Of a stretch of DNA of 64,000 bases, positions 11,958 through 27,139 are shown in pieces. Within the stretch, counting starts at the first letter, position 1; the number at the start of each line of letters is the position of its first letter. This stretch comes from the human T2T-CHM13v2.0 reference genome, Homo sapiens, in contig CP068257.2 of assembly GCA_009914755.4 (NCBI GenBank), positions 39,040,001-39,104,000 on the forward strand, in the 5' to 3' direction. The translations under genes were made by a program, and so were the position numbers. Below the pieces are notes generated by a model, which saw nothing but the letters and a program-made list of their open reading frames with translations, ran no database searches and was not told the DNA's origin.

Positions 11958-13409
11958 TGTTAGCAGGAGTGTCCAGGGCCAGGTCACTGAACACCTCCAT
12001 ATGCACAGGCCGGTCGCACACAACGTGGAATTGCCTGTGTTGCCGGCACTCTCCTCCCACCGCTTCAACACTGGACCACGTACATCTATAGACTTTGTCT
12101 CTGGGCATCCAATTCTCCCTCTTAGAATAAGAGCACTTGGGTTTTCCTTCGAGGAGCCATCCCTCATGGGCATGAGACCAAGGTCATCACCTCTGTGCCC
12201 CTAGACATGGTGACTCGTTCACAGATAGGCATGTGACATGACCCTTCTCAGGGATTTTGGAGAAAGAAGACTCTTTCCCCCTGGCTACTGAGCTACTGTC
12301 ACTGGGGTTGTGTGCAACGTGCCATGCTAGGTATGCCAAGGAGCCAATCTAAACCAGAGTACTCCAAGAGCAGTAAGACTGACAGCAAGAGTGAGAGGTG
12401 CTCCTGTCAGAGTTTCTGGACACCTTGATGCTTCTGGGCCTGAAGGCAGTTACTCCTGGAGTTTTCAGTTCTGTGAGCCAATAAGACTTTTTTTTGATTT
12501 CTGTTTGTCACTTGCAATCAAGAGTTCTGAATAATGCAAATTACTGCACAAATTCAAAACTCAGTTTATAGATGCAAAATAAATAAAATTCAATATTTTA
12601 GAATTATGAGTTTATAACAGGCTTATAAATATGTTTTCAGATATCAGTCTGCTCAAAGTCTAGTCGAGCTACAACATATGCACAAATAATGTATTTCTAT
12701 TCACAAAGCCAGTCTTTTCTTCCTAAGTGTCTCCCCTCTCCTGCAAATGTCCTCTTATCCATAGTCCGGGATAAAGGAAATGGATTATTCTAACGGCTGA
12801 GAAATACCTTCCCACTGGCATCGCATATATATAGAACCAGTGGTAAAGTCTGTAGGGAGATCTGTATTGGCATGGAAGGAGTAAGTGGGGACTCCCCACT
12901 GGGACTTCCATCGTATTTTCTCATCATATTTGTAAAGACCTGACTCTTCATTTATTGTTATCAAGGCCTGTGTGAGTTTGCTACCTTGCAATATCAGAAA
13001 TTGAGGAGGAAGTTCCCTGCCCTGTTTCCCCCCGGGATGAAGTTGCAGATCACTTGGAGAGGACCGACAGGAGAGGAAAGAGGAGGCCCCTGCTCCTGAT
13101 GACACAGCACCCCAAGGAAAGTGACCAAAACCAGCAGAAGCAACAAGGAAAGTCAGCTGTGCCGAGAATTGCATTGCAAATTCATTCCACGCGTTTGACC
13201 TGTGAGAGGAAGTGTTCCATGCTTTCATGTTAGGGAAATTTGGCCAGACGGGGAGCCACTGTCCATTGCTCCACACACGTGGAGTGCCCACTACTTCCTT
13301 GTCAGATTGTCAGACAGTGTCCTGAAAATAAGGGACAACAGTGGATGTGACGAAGAACCTATTTTGAGGACTTTTGTTCAGAGGAGAAGCAACAAATGGT
13401 ACACAGGTG

Positions 13410-13775
13410 ATAGGGCTTGGATGTTTGTCCCCTCCAAATCTCATGTGGAAATGTGATTCCCAGTGTTGGAGGTGGGGTCTGGTGGGAGGTGACCAGGTCC
13501 TGGAGGTGGACCTCCCATCCCCTTGGTGATAAGTGAGTTCTCACTCAGTTCGTTCACAGGAGATCTGGTTGTTTAAGAGTCTGGAACCTCCTCTTCTCTC
13601 CCTCTTGTTCCTGCTTTCCCCGTGTGGTGTGCGTGCTCCTGCTTCACCTTCCGCCATGATTGCAAGCTTCCTGAGACCCTCACCAGAAGCTGAGCACATG
13701 TTGGTGCCAGGCTTTTACAGCATGCAGAACTGGGAGCCAATTAAACCTCTTTTCTTTATAAATAGCAAGCAAAGG
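13410..13775 (+). mobile_element. MaLR LTR (MST/THE1-like)
   Basis: ggatgtttgtcccctccaaatctcatgtggaaatgtgattcccagtgttggaggtggggtctggtgggaggtga...ccatgattgcaagcttcctgag...aattaaacctcttttctttataaatagc. Confidence 0.6.
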
Positions 13776-14917
13776 AATAAAGGAACGGCAGAATTTCAAA
13801 GAAAACACAGAGGCAGGCTGGGCATGGGGAGGTGGCAAATTCAGAGTGAGTAGTCAAAAGCAGCCTTCTGGGTGCATCCTTCCTGAACTACAACTTGAAT
13901 GACAAGAAGAGACCAGCCAGGCCCTGTCAATACCTGTGGACAGAATCCTCTGCTGGGAGACAGTATGTGAAAAATCTCCAATCAGGAGCAAGGAGCAAAC
14001 TGGACTCTGAGCAGGCTGTTGTGGAACAGGGCTGTCCCCTTGGCCTTCTGTGAGTGCCCACTGCACCTGTTCCCCTTGCCTGGAATGTCCTCTCCGCACT
14101 TTCATTTTTCTTTAACCAATCTAAAGGACAACTTGTCACTTTCCAGGGCATAAATTCCCTGACCTCTGACAGGCCAGGTCCCCTGAAATTCCCCGTACAG
14201 CCCCCACTCCTGTTGTTCATTTCCAGCAGGTCTCACAATTGTAAGCAGGTCATTATTTACATGATTACTTGAGGTCTTCCCCAAGACCATAGGCCCATGA
14301 GCACAGACACAGCTGGCACTACTGCTCACCGTTCCACCCTGGGCACCCCATCTGTGCCGGGTCTGGTCCATGGCAATGCCCAATCCATCCACTTTGAATG
14401 AATCAGTGAATGAATGCTCACAGACAGATACACCCCCATCTTATCCAGAAGACAGAAATTGTCCGCTGCCATGACCTCGGGTGTGAAGATTGCAGAACCA
14501 TGGTTAGGCACGCTGCCATAGCATTCCCTGAGTATCTCATGCCACCTGTTCTTTGGGCCCTAAGGTGACTTAGAGTGTGGAATCAGCTCAGGCTTTTCCG
14601 CTTTTCCCCAACTTCAGTTTGGTAAATGTCTCTCCTGGCTGACACCTGCTAGAGGGCCAGCTCCTCAGGTGCCTGTGGAGTTGGCTGCATCCCTACTCTC
14701 AGTGGGGACTGCCAACAATTTAATGGTAACCTGAGGAGACCAACCACATCTCCAGCATGCCAGGAAGGGAGAAAGAAGCTTCTGTCCTCTTCACTGCTGA
14801 TGAAGATAGGCACATACTGATGATGGGTGGCCACAGAAAAGCATTCTAAATATGAGGAGGATGATGATAGCTATACCCATGCACTGTGCATGCCCAGCCC
14901 TGAGATGAGTGTTTTCT

Positions 14918-15085
14918 ATGCAGTACCTCATTTAACCCTTAAAACAACCCTATGAGCAGAGTAGTATCATCCTCATCATTTTCCAGAGGAGAAAACCGCG
15001 GAACAGAAGGGCTAAATAACTTACCCAAGATCACATAGCAAGAAAGTGGCAGAGCTTGGGTTCCAGGTGGTCCCATTGCTGATAC
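14918..15085 (-). mobile_element. MIR SINE fragment
   Basis: Reverse complement of the MIR core: ..catcattttccagaggagaaaaccgcggaacagaagggctaaataacttacccaagatcacatagcaagaaagtggcagagcttgggttccagg (compare consensus cattttacagatgaggaaactgagg..gttaagtgacttgcccaaggtcacacagctagtaagtggcagagc). Confidence 0.6.
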
Positions 15086-16157
15086 TTTCATCCCTGATAG
15101 AATTTTGCCACACAAATGATGACCTGAGCCCACTCTGTTCACCAACACCTGTTCTTCCTCACCTTGCATGGGCAATGGCTGCTTCTGCTTCTGCCTACAG
15201 TCAGGCTGGAGGCTTTCAGAGGGAAGGATTCCTTTTTATAAGTATGGTAAAGCCCCCGGTGGTTGTTTTCCTGGGCGTTTTGTACTTGAAATATTTAGGC
15301 CCTCAGCACTCACACCTGGCCACTGCTTTGCCCCTGCACCTGGGCTACTTCAGGTCTATGGGACCAGTTGCGGTTAGCGCTAGACAACAATGACATAAAA
15401 ATGAACCAAATGTTCCAAGGATCAGAAGCACGGACTCCACAGACTACTTCAAAGTGATGTGCAGCAAGGCACAAGAGTTCCAAAAGCCACTGTGGCTGGT
15501 TAGTTCCCCATTAAGTTGCTTCCTTGCTTGGCTTTATTATTTCATCTGCTCCATTAGTGAACAGCAAGCGTTTTGCAAAAAAGGCATTGCACAGCCTCAC
15601 CAAGCTCCTAGAGAAGCCTTTCTAGAAGCTGCTTCATGTATCCCCACAAAGCAACATGGGCAGCAGGTTGGTGGGATGCCCCACTCTCCCGAAGAAGCAG
15701 CAGACTTATCCAGGTTAACTCCCTCCTCTCTCCTTTGTCCCCAACATGCACTGATCAGGAAGATGAAACCAAGTGAAAGCCACTTCCTGTGTGGGTCTTA
15801 AAATTCAATAAAAATAATATCTCAGAAAAAAGCCAGAACACACTTTCTGTTCAGATGGAAAAATGCATGTTTCCCTCCCCACCTTCACCTACAAGCTGAG
15901 TTCATGTTATTTCAACAGCACATCATGGACCCAGATGCAAATGGACAGTATCTGAAATGCAGTCCCGAGCAGGAGAAATGTAGTTTCATCAGCGAGTCAT
16001 TTTTAAGGCTTGATTTCTATTTGTATTTAAACATACTATCAAAAAATAAATACTTGCATATTTTGTGGAATGTCTGTTGAAAATATGTGCCCAAAGTGTC
16101 TAACTTGGGACAAATCTGACCTCAGTCCCTGGAAGGCTACCTTCGATTTATGCCTCT

Positions 16158-16530
16158 TGATATGGCTTGGCTGTGTCGTCACCAACATCTCATCTTGTAG
16201 TTCCCATAATCCCCACATGTTGTGGGAGGAGCCAGGTGGGAGGTAATTGAATCATGGGGGCAGTTACCCCCATGCTATTCTCGTGATAGTGAGTGAGTCC
16301 TCATGATAACTGATGGTTTTATAAGGGGCTTTTCCCCGCTTTTGCTTGGCACTTGTCTCTCCTGTCGCCATGTGAAGAAGGATGTGTTTGCTTTGTTTTC
16401 TGCCATGATTCTATGTTTCCTGAGGCCTCCCCAGCCATGTGAAACTGTGAGTCAATTAAACCTCTTTTCTTTATAAATTACCCAGTCTCAGGCATTTCTT
16501 CATAACAGTGTGAGAATGGACTAATACACC
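16158..16530 (+). mobile_element. MaLR solo LTR (THE1-family)
   Basis: tgatatggcttggctgtgtcgtcacc..catctcatcttgtagttcccataatccccacatgttgtgggagg..ggtgggaggtaattgaatcatggggg...gccatgattctatgtttcctgaggcctccccagccatgtgaaactgtgagtcaattaaacctcttttctttataaattacccagtctcagg...ggactaatacac. This is close to the THE1B consensus. Confidence 0.7.
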
Positions 16531-18004
16531 TCTCCACTCTGAATTTAATTTCTTTGGTTTGGTTTTCAATTATCTTATCTATCATAGATCAAAACTTATT
16601 TCCCCAGTACCTTCCTTCTAATACCTTTCCAAATTTTTATCTGGAAGTAGAAGGCCCCAGTCTCATTCTATTAACTCTGCTATCCCATAGCCAGCATGTT
16701 TAGAGATACCAAATACAGTTGCTAGAGCTCCAGGCAACAGCACTGGGATCCAGTCACTAGCCATCCTCTACAGTGTCTGAAAATGACTCGTTGCCTCACT
16801 CACTTATTCAGCAAACACACTGCTGTACACTAGTCCCTGCACTGGGTGCTGTCTTATGACAACTTCCCCAGCCTCCAGCCTTCCTTGCATTTATAAAAGG
16901 TACTGATATGCACCAACTCACATCAGTGGATTCAGTTACACACAATGACAGGCAGCACCAGTTGTGTTTGTGCAGGGAAGTGGTCTTCAGTGCTGGTAGA
17001 ACATAAAACTCACTTGGAAAGTTTTTCAAAATATGAATGCTGGAGCCCAAGCCCAGACCAATTAAAGCAAATCTCTAAGGGCATTGGTATTTGTAAAAAT
17101 CCACCCAGGGGGTTGTAATGAACAACCAGGGCTAAGAACCTGCAGCCTTGTCACTGACAATACCAGCCTTGGACCAGCAGATTCAGCAACACCTGGGAGC
17201 TCATTAGAAATGCAGAATCCTAGGCCCCACACCAAGCTACTGAATCAGAATCTGCTTTATTTAACAGGATTCCTGGGTGATTCATGTGCACTAAACTGTT
17301 TAAGTACTATTCTGGGAGATTAGAACATAAAACTTTATCTGTTGAATTAATAGACTGTATTACAGTGAGCTGCATGTCATATCATTTTCAGAAACTAACG
17401 TCTGTGTAACAGCTTTCCTGGAAGATGAGATCACTCCAGACCACCCAGAGATGCCTAAGGACTCCACTTCCTTTCAGTAGTATAGTCCAGTCAAAAGATA
17501 GTGATTGGGAAAAAAAACAAAGAAAAGATACAGAAATTGGGGCTAAAATGAGGCTCTGTAATGAAAAGATTGTATTGAGTTCAGGAAGCAGTTATATCAC
17601 CTCCATGCCAAACACACACACACACCAGATAATAAATTCCTTGAGTGCAGGGATTGCGTATTTCTCTTATTCATAGCTATATTCACAAAGCCAAGCTCAA
17701 GACCTTCACAGAGTCGGTGGTCACTAAATATTTCTTGCATCACTTAGTGTCCTGAACAGAGAACAATTCTGTTAGTCATTTATTTTGAGACCCTAGACGA
17801 ATCTCTCCACCTCTCAGTGGAGAGATTTTCAGTGTCTTATCTATATGATCTGTTTAAATTATTTACCCTAAGATACAAAAGCAACAAAGAGCTCACTGAT
17901 GAATAATTATGTGATCAACAGACACAGGGAAAGCTCCTTATATCTAGGAGAACTGTGGACTGGTCTCCACACTTCCACCATCCACGTGCCCAAAGAGTAA
18001 TTAG

Positions 18005-18492
<488 letters not shown>

Positions 18493-18780
18493 CCATGTTA
18501 TTATAATTTTTAAGCCTACAATATACTTTTCATTTTCTAAGGCTTGATTTTTTTCAACATATGGCTATAATAAAAAAAAAAGTCCAAATTCAATACCATC
18601 ACACACATCCTTTAAAAAAATACCAGGACAAAATAATTATGATTATGATTTTGGAAGTTGTTTATAAAATACAATGTCACAATATAGTACTAGTTCAAGT
18701 TAATTCACCTAGGTCTTTACTTACAAATAAAATCAATTTTCCCATGCAGCTATTTTAAGAGAAGAGGTGCAATACGTTTT

Positions 18781-19455
<675 letters not shown>

Positions 19456-20019
19456 TTTAAGTTAGTTCTCAGTTGCTTTTGCATAGGTGACTTAGCATTC
19501 CTAATCAGAACACAATCAACTCAAACAAACAGAAGACAAGCCAAATGTACTTTTGTCATATAACTTGTACAAGAGAAAATAGTCTCCATTAAAAAATATT
19601 GTAACCAGATTATAAGAAAATGCATCCTGAGGTAAAGGCAGTACCTAAAAAGAACTTAAAAATACTACTTTGCCATATGAAAGCCTGAGACAAGCTTAAC
19701 GAGACACCATTCACATCCACAGTCTAGTCACATACGTGAGTGTCTAAAATTTCTCCCAACTGTAGTCTTTGACCAGGTTTACTTTCCTGAAGAAATGTAA
19801 AAGTTCATTTTCCTCACCACATGATTTTAGGAGAAAATCCATGCACAGTTTTAAATAAAGGGATATTTAGAAAGAGATCAAAGAGAGAAAAAGACATGAT
19901 CCAAAGTTTGAACACTGTAAAACTTATAAGGAGAACAGATAATTTCTTCAAAGGAAGAAAAGGCGAACAGACTAGCCTGAACAAATAAAAAAGTCTTCAT
20001 ACACTAACATGAACAAAGA

Positions 20020-20478
<459 letters not shown>

Positions 20479-20498
20479 TCAGACAGAAGAGCAGAAGG

Positions 20499-20875
20499 GT
20501 GCTGTATTAGTCATCTTAGGCTGCTGCAAAAAATACCACAGGCAGGATGGCTTAGACAACAGAAAGTTATATTTTCACAGTTCTGGAGGCCAGAGTCCGA
20601 AATCAAGTTTCCAGCCACTGTGTATCTGGTGAGGGCTCTCTTCCAAACTTGCAGACAGCCACCTTCTGTGTCCTCACATGGCAGAGAGAGAAAGAGCAAG
20701 CTCTCTGGTGTCTCTCCCACTTCTTATAAGGACACCAGTCCTATTGGGTTAGGTACTGCCCTGATGCCCTCATTTAATCTTAATTACTTCCTTAAGTGCC
20801 TCACTTCCAAATACAGTCACATTGGGGGTTAGGGCTTCAACATATATGGCTTTTAGAGAGGGACATAACATCAGT
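20499..20875 (-). mobile_element. MaLR LTR (MLT1-family), reverse orientation
   Basis: Reverse complement of MLT1: gtattagtcatcttaggctgctgcaaaaaataccacagg..ttcacagttctggaggccagagtccgaaatcaag...tcctcacatggcagagagagaaagagcaagctctc..cttataaggacaccagtcctattgggttagg..ccaaatacagtcacattgggggttagggcttcaacatat. The track ORF 20425..20832 lies within it. Confidence 0.65.
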
Positions 20876-22180
20876 CCGTAGAAGGTGCTCTTGGTGGTCT
20901 TTAGTTTAGCTTAAGTAAATTTAGCAAAATTATAGTGCCTAATAATTACTGTGAGATGTCGACCATCAACTGCTATATCCGGAGTTGGAAGCTGGAAAGA
21001 GAGGTCCCTGTGTCTCTTTTTGCTTCAAAGGCCAAAACTATCCACTTTCTTTTATTTTGACTAACTGGAAATCAGCCAACAAAAATGCAGTGAAGTCAGT
21101 GGTAAGTCTGACCTAGCATGAGTAAGATAAAGCTGAAGGTGAAACAGAAAAAAGAAAACAGCTTGAGCAAAGGTAGGAGGCCAGAGTAGTATATTCAAGG
21201 AAGGCTTCAGAAAGATATTTATAGTGAGCCTAAGTGGCTCACAGGACATCCTCCGCACACACATATACACCAAGAACAGAGTGCCTAAAGGGCTTTGCCT
21301 ATTATTAATGCTATTCAATTTCTGATTGATAACCTTAAATAATAGAGTTTCCACACCTATTGATGGTACCAACATGCACTAAATTCCTTACCTGAATCAT
21401 CCTTGATGACTGTCTTTCTCTCACCCCCACATCTAATCTATCAGCCAACATACCAAAGCTTCCCCAAACATCTCTCACATCTGTCCTTTTTTTCTCTGTC
21501 CCCATGTCTGCCACTCAAGTCAGTCTCCACCAGCCTCCTACTAGTCATCTAATGGTATGTTTGCTCTCCCCCGCACTGTTCTCCACACAGCAACAGCAGT
21601 CACATCAATCCCCAGCCCAGAATTCAACAGTTTGCCATTATCCCTGCATAAAAATCCAAAGCTATTGCCTTAACCAGGAAGGCCCTTCATATGCAGGCTG
21701 GCCCTGCCCCAACCCTTCCCTGGCCACCTCCCATCCTGACTCCCTATCCAAGCTCACTCCACTTAGGGGTCTTCCACCAACCACAGTCCCCTCCACCTGA
21801 GCACCCACACATGGTTGGTTGCCTCTTGTTCCATCTTTCCTTCCACTTCACAGCTGGCCATTTGGAGTTGGCTGTGATGGTGTCTTGTTTTACGGTAGTA
21901 AAGATAAAAATGATGCCCCCCCAAAATACAAAAAATGGAATTAGAATCCAATGAAACCCAGTGTATCTACATATTAGACTTTATAAAAGTAGAAATTTCA
22001 GATTTATTCAAGACCTATAAATGTTGTTTGGTCCTATGAAAACATCTAACTCATATTTAACCCTGAATTGTTGAACTCAAGGCCTTAAACAACCTCAATT
22101 TTATGCAAATCACCTCTAGTGGCCTTACGTTGGAAGTAGTTTTTTCTAAATTATATTCTATAGAATAACATGAGTGGTCT

Positions 22181-22593
22181 GGTGGTATGGCTTGGATCTG
22201 TGTCACTGCCCAGCTGTCATGTAGAACTGTAATCCCTAATGTTGGAAGTGGGGCCTGGGGAGGTGATTAGATCATGGGGGTGGATTTCCCATGAATAGTT
22301 TAGCACTATCCACAATATTTTTCAGATGGTAAGTTCTCATGAGACCTGGTTGTTTAAAAGTATGCAGCTCCTCCCTCACTCTCTCTTGCTTCTGTTTTTA
22401 CCAGGTGAACTTTCTGCTCCAGCTCTGACTTCCACCATGAGTAAAAGCTCCCTGAGGCCTCCCCAGAAGCAGCTGCTGGCACCATGCTTCCTCTATAGCC
22501 TGCAGAACCGTGAGCCGGTTAAATCTCTTTTCCTTATAAATTACCCAGCCTCAGGTATTTCTTTACAGCAATGTGAGAATGGACTAATACATC
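22181..22593 (+). mobile_element. MaLR LTR (MST/THE1-like)
   Basis: ggtggtatggcttggatctgtgtcactgcccagctgtcatgtagaactgtaatccctaatgttggaagtggggcctggggaggtgattagatcatggggg...ccaccatgagtaaaagctccctgaggcctccccagaagc...gttaaatctcttttccttataaattacccagcctcagg..ggactaatacatc. Confidence 0.6.
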
Positions 22594-23213
22594 TAAAAAG
22601 AGAAAATAAAAATAAAAATAAACTAATTTAATTGGTTTTAAAAAGTGGCCACAATCACTTTGACATTCGTGCTGCATGGAACTGGGTTGCTATTGCTTAA
22701 TGTATTATTTCCTAAAATTTTTTGAACCAGAATCCACATAATCTTTTCCCTATCTTCCTAATCTCTCCATGGACACAGTTTGAGAAATCCTGGTCAAAAA
22801 TATCTCATTTTATTAGCTGAGAAGGAATACACTCAACTTGGAGATGATTCACTAGTCTTAAAGGACCATTTTATTTGTGGTTCTAGTCTTTGGCCAGAAT
22901 TTAGAGCTCATAACCAACAGAAAAATGCTTCAGTTGTTGTAGCATTAATTTTTAAAATATGACATTTATAATCTGCCTATTCCTGCCTTGGTCATGTGCC
23001 AATTGCTCATGTTTAAACATGTAATCTGAAGTTTCAAGTAAAAAATATGATTTGTCTTATAGGTGTTTTTCCTCAACTTTTCATTATAGAATATTTTAAA
23101 CACACATGAAGGATATAACGAGTATAATAAACCTCCATGTACCATCCCCCAGCTTCAGAAATTATCAATTCAGGCTACAACCTCACCCCTGGCAATGGAT
23201 TGTTTTGAAGTAA

Positions 23214-23542
<329 letters not shown>

Positions 23543-23632
23543 ATAAAGGTATTTTTAAAAGCTAACTGTCAGTTAATATTTGTTACTAAGAGTAAAAATG
23601 CCATAACTTCCACACTCCCACCTCATTATATA

Positions 23633-23673
23633 AACACACACACACACACACGCACGCGCACACACGTACACAC
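23633..23673. repeat. (CA)n microsatellite, imperfect
   Basis: acacacacacacacacacgcacgcgcacacacgtacacaca. Confidence 0.85.
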
Positions 23674-26243
23674 AATGCATGTTCATTAAAACGAATAATC
23701 CCAGCTGCTTCTGCTGTGGGGCTGGCATCTCTGAGTCTATTTCATGGCATGGCATGGGAAGGAGTGTTGACGGATGCCTCACATGTGTTCGGTTACTGTT
23801 GATAAGGACACTGTATAAAATATTTGCCCCAGACCACGGGGACTAATATGGTAGCACACTTTCATCTGTCAGATTGGCTTGATCCACACAAACCTGTCAA
23901 CAAAACCAGGTCAGCAGGCTGGAGTAGAGAAGGGAAAAATCAATAAATCTTTGAATTAATCATGCAGCTATCAGAGAGAATTATGGGTTCACACAGTGAA
24001 ATGTATACTTGGGCCTATTTGCTCCTTTCTTCTTCCAGTTATTCCTTCATTTCCATCCAATGTAGAGTCCCTCCTATAGAATCCCCACGCCAATAACTTC
24101 GTTTCTGTAACTAGGTTCAAATAACTGTCCCTAATTTATAGCTTCTGTTCCACCATAATTCTTCTAAGAAAGGGTTGGAGACTAAAGAAAAATAAGTCCA
24201 ATTTAAATCACAAGAAAAGCTGCATTCTAAATTGCTATGAGTGTTGCCTCTAGTTTTTAAATTCAGGTCGTATATGTTAGTCACAAATAAACAAATAAAT
24301 CTTGCCATAAAACTGGATTTTTACATCCTATATAATAACCTGATGTGCACAAATAATTTTACTGAACCTTCACAGAGGTTCTGATCCTTGTCACCTTGAA
24401 TATCCTTGCTGTTACACAGAGTTTACAATGTTTGTCCCTCGTGCCGCCTCCTCAATTTAACTAACCCTTCAAAAGAGAAATATCTTTAATCACATATCTA
24501 TAGTCCTTCCTATTCTCCTTCTGCATAACCATTTTACAAGAACACATATACTCTATAGCCACTATTAGTAAAAAGCAGCATCGTCTTAGATCCAGAATTT
24601 AAAATAGAAGTCACTATGAATATATTTTTCCCACCACCAAAAAGGTGTAAAATTTATAAACTGATCAATAACTATGCAACAAGTGTATATTTTAAATACA
24701 TGAAATTACTTTTCCAGTTTCACCATTTTTCTTGAAAAGAAAGTAATTATCCATATCCTTACTAGCAAGAAAAGCTTTGTTTTTAAAAATCTCAATACAA
24801 AACTAAAAACACTTAAATATTTTGATAAAACAAGAGAGAAACATTCATCTTATGTCAACAAGTCAAAGCCAGTAAAAAAAGCACAAGAAATTCAGGAAAA
24901 TACACATGTTCAGGACCATAAACTAAGCATGTGCAGAGTCCTATCAAAGTCATGCATCAGGCCTCGCGGAGCCCAGAGGTTCTGCATGTTTTGCATCTGA
25001 AATGGACTTCAGGCTTTCATGGAAAAGGTTTACTGGAGAACCCTGGGAGGCACGGCCAGCAATAGGATGTTCAGGTTTTCTCTACTTAGCGATGGAATTG
25101 TGTCGAATTCAGTAAAAGAGGAAATGCTTGAGACTTCGATTGCCGTATTGTTCTTTTGTTTGCTTGTTTTTTTGTCTTGTTTTGTTTTTTAATTTTTAAA
25201 AATTTTTTTACTTAGAGGCAAGGAATAGAGTAGATTCAGCATCAGAGGAATTGACTTGATGGGGACACAGTGTGGGACACAGACTGACATAGAAAGTTCG
25301 AACACAGAATTTACTGACCTTGAATAAATCCTTGTGGATCATTTAAAAATTACCTGCAAGGCTGAGATACACCTTTCTTCAATATTTCATCATGCATGGT
25401 AAGCATTTGGCAATACAGATTTTTTTTAAAGTCTTGAATCCTAGAATAATTTTTTTAAAGAACAAATTACTTCGCTTGGAAATCAGAACTGTGGAAACGA
25501 GTCACGTGCATCCGGGCCTCGTGCTCCCTGGCTCTCCACCGAGGGATTCAGCCTGGCTGCGTTCCGTTTTGGGAAATGGCCCTCCTCAATTTCAAGTTCA
25601 TTTGGCTTTTTCAATGATAGGGTTTCAATTCAAACAGATAACAATGCTGAGAACTAAAAATTTCACCATCTAATTAGCCGGGGGGGAATCTCAGTATGGC
25701 CTTTCTTTCCTAGTATCATCTGCAGTTTGAAAATGACTTGATGAAGGCTTTTTATAAAAACCCTTTACTTTTCCTGGTACAAGAACAATTGTAGTGAAAG
25801 ATACTGGTACAATGCAATGGGCATAGGAGGATAAAAAAAAAATGTGTGCATAAAAAGAAGCAGAGGAAACCAGGACAAATAAGAGATCAGAGAAAAGAGT
25901 GTGGCTGAAGGTTTCAAAATGCAATTTAGGTTGAAAAAAAGGAAGACACGATCCAACATCTATATCAGGCATTTTAATGGAGTATGAATCCCTGGTTAAT
26001 CTGGGTAAGGACAAGTGGGAGCCGGGGGGTGAGGGAATGCAGATAGTCACAAGGTTGAAAGGAAACAAAAAAGGCCTGGACTGTTGCAGCTTTCGATACT
26101 GGTGTGTTCTTCTGAAGATCCACTGCCCCATAGCTTTTATTACTTACTCAACATGTCCATGATCCCCCCAAAAAGTCAAGAAACATTGGCCTAAGGATAT
26201 TTCCATCTATTAAAAAAATATGTATATCGACTGAAGATCTATT

Positions 26244-26590
26244 TCCCTGCCTCCCAAAATTCATATGTTGAAACCTAAACCTCAATGTGATGCTATCGGG
26301 AGGTGGATCCTTTGGAGGGTGATTAGGTCGTGAGGGTGGAGCCCTCATGAATGAGGTTAGGGCCCTTCTAAAAAGAGACCCCAGAGACACCATTCGCCTC
26401 TTCTGCCATGTGAGAAAATGAGAAGACAGCTGTCTATGAACCAGGAAGAGAACCCTCACCAGACACCAAATCTACCCACCTCCTTGATCTTAGAATTCCC
26501 AGCCTCCAGAGCTCTGAGAAATAAATTTCTGTCGTTTATAAGCCACCCAATGCATGGTAACTTGTTAATGCAGCCCAAACAATCTAAGAC
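26244..26590 (+). mobile_element. MaLR LTR (MLT1-family)
   Basis: ctgcctcccaaaattcatatgttgaaacctaaacctcaatgtgatgctatcgggaggtggatcctttggagggtgattaggtcgtgagggtggagccctcatgaatgaggttagggccc...cttgatcttagaattcccagcctccagagctctgagaaataaatttctgtcgtttataagccacccaatgcatggtaac. Confidence 0.7.
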
Positions 26591-27139
26591 AATATTTATA
26601 TATAAATACTTTTTTTTCAGAAATTACAGGTAAACATTTTCAGATATACAACATATTATTTGCATTAAAGTATATTTTAAATATTTGATATTGAAGTAAA
26701 GCTCAGTTATAAGTTTATTTCAAAATGAATCATTTTGGGAAGTACAGTTTTCAATGAACTTCTTTCAGAAAAATAAGTCTTTGTAATTCCTTCAGTATAA
26801 TAAGCCTACTGATTATAATTAGGTTATATCTGGCGTGTTTCTATCTCTTTTGTGTCTTTTTAAAACAGGTCATATAATTTTTAAAATGGCAACTTTAAAA
26901 GCATTGCCTTATCCAGAATAAGTGCTTAAATGACAGTAATGGAGAAATTTTCAACTGAACACAGAACTAGCGCAGACACAACCACCACAAAATCCCAGGT
27001 TGGAGTCCCTGCACCGCCATTCACTGCTCAGGTGACTTTTCACATCTGGGTGCTTTCTTCATCTATAAAATAATTCTCCAATGAGAAATCGGAGCCAGTG
27101 ATAGAGATGGGAGGCTGATCTAGGTGATATTTACATCCT

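Noticed and set aside
11505-12204. Cluster of six overlapping 78-134 aa ORFs on both strands
   Set aside because: All lie in the TG-rich minisatellite, giving Cys/Val/Met or His/Thr repeats. Mutually overlapping frames on both strands cannot all be coding.
12785-13291. 168-aa minus-strand ORF with no repeats recognised over most of its length
   Set aside because: I recognise no protein similarity. It has no splice-site context consistent with the DSCAM frame and runs into an MST-like LTR at its 5' end. By chance, an ORF of this length is expected in 64 kb of six-frame translation. It is treated as non-coding but cannot be formally excluded without a database search.
25691-26131. 146-aa minus-strand ORF
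   Set aside because: It is AT-rich, with no recognisable domains. Its 5' half abuts an MLT1 LTR and there are no splice signals. It is probably a chance ORF.
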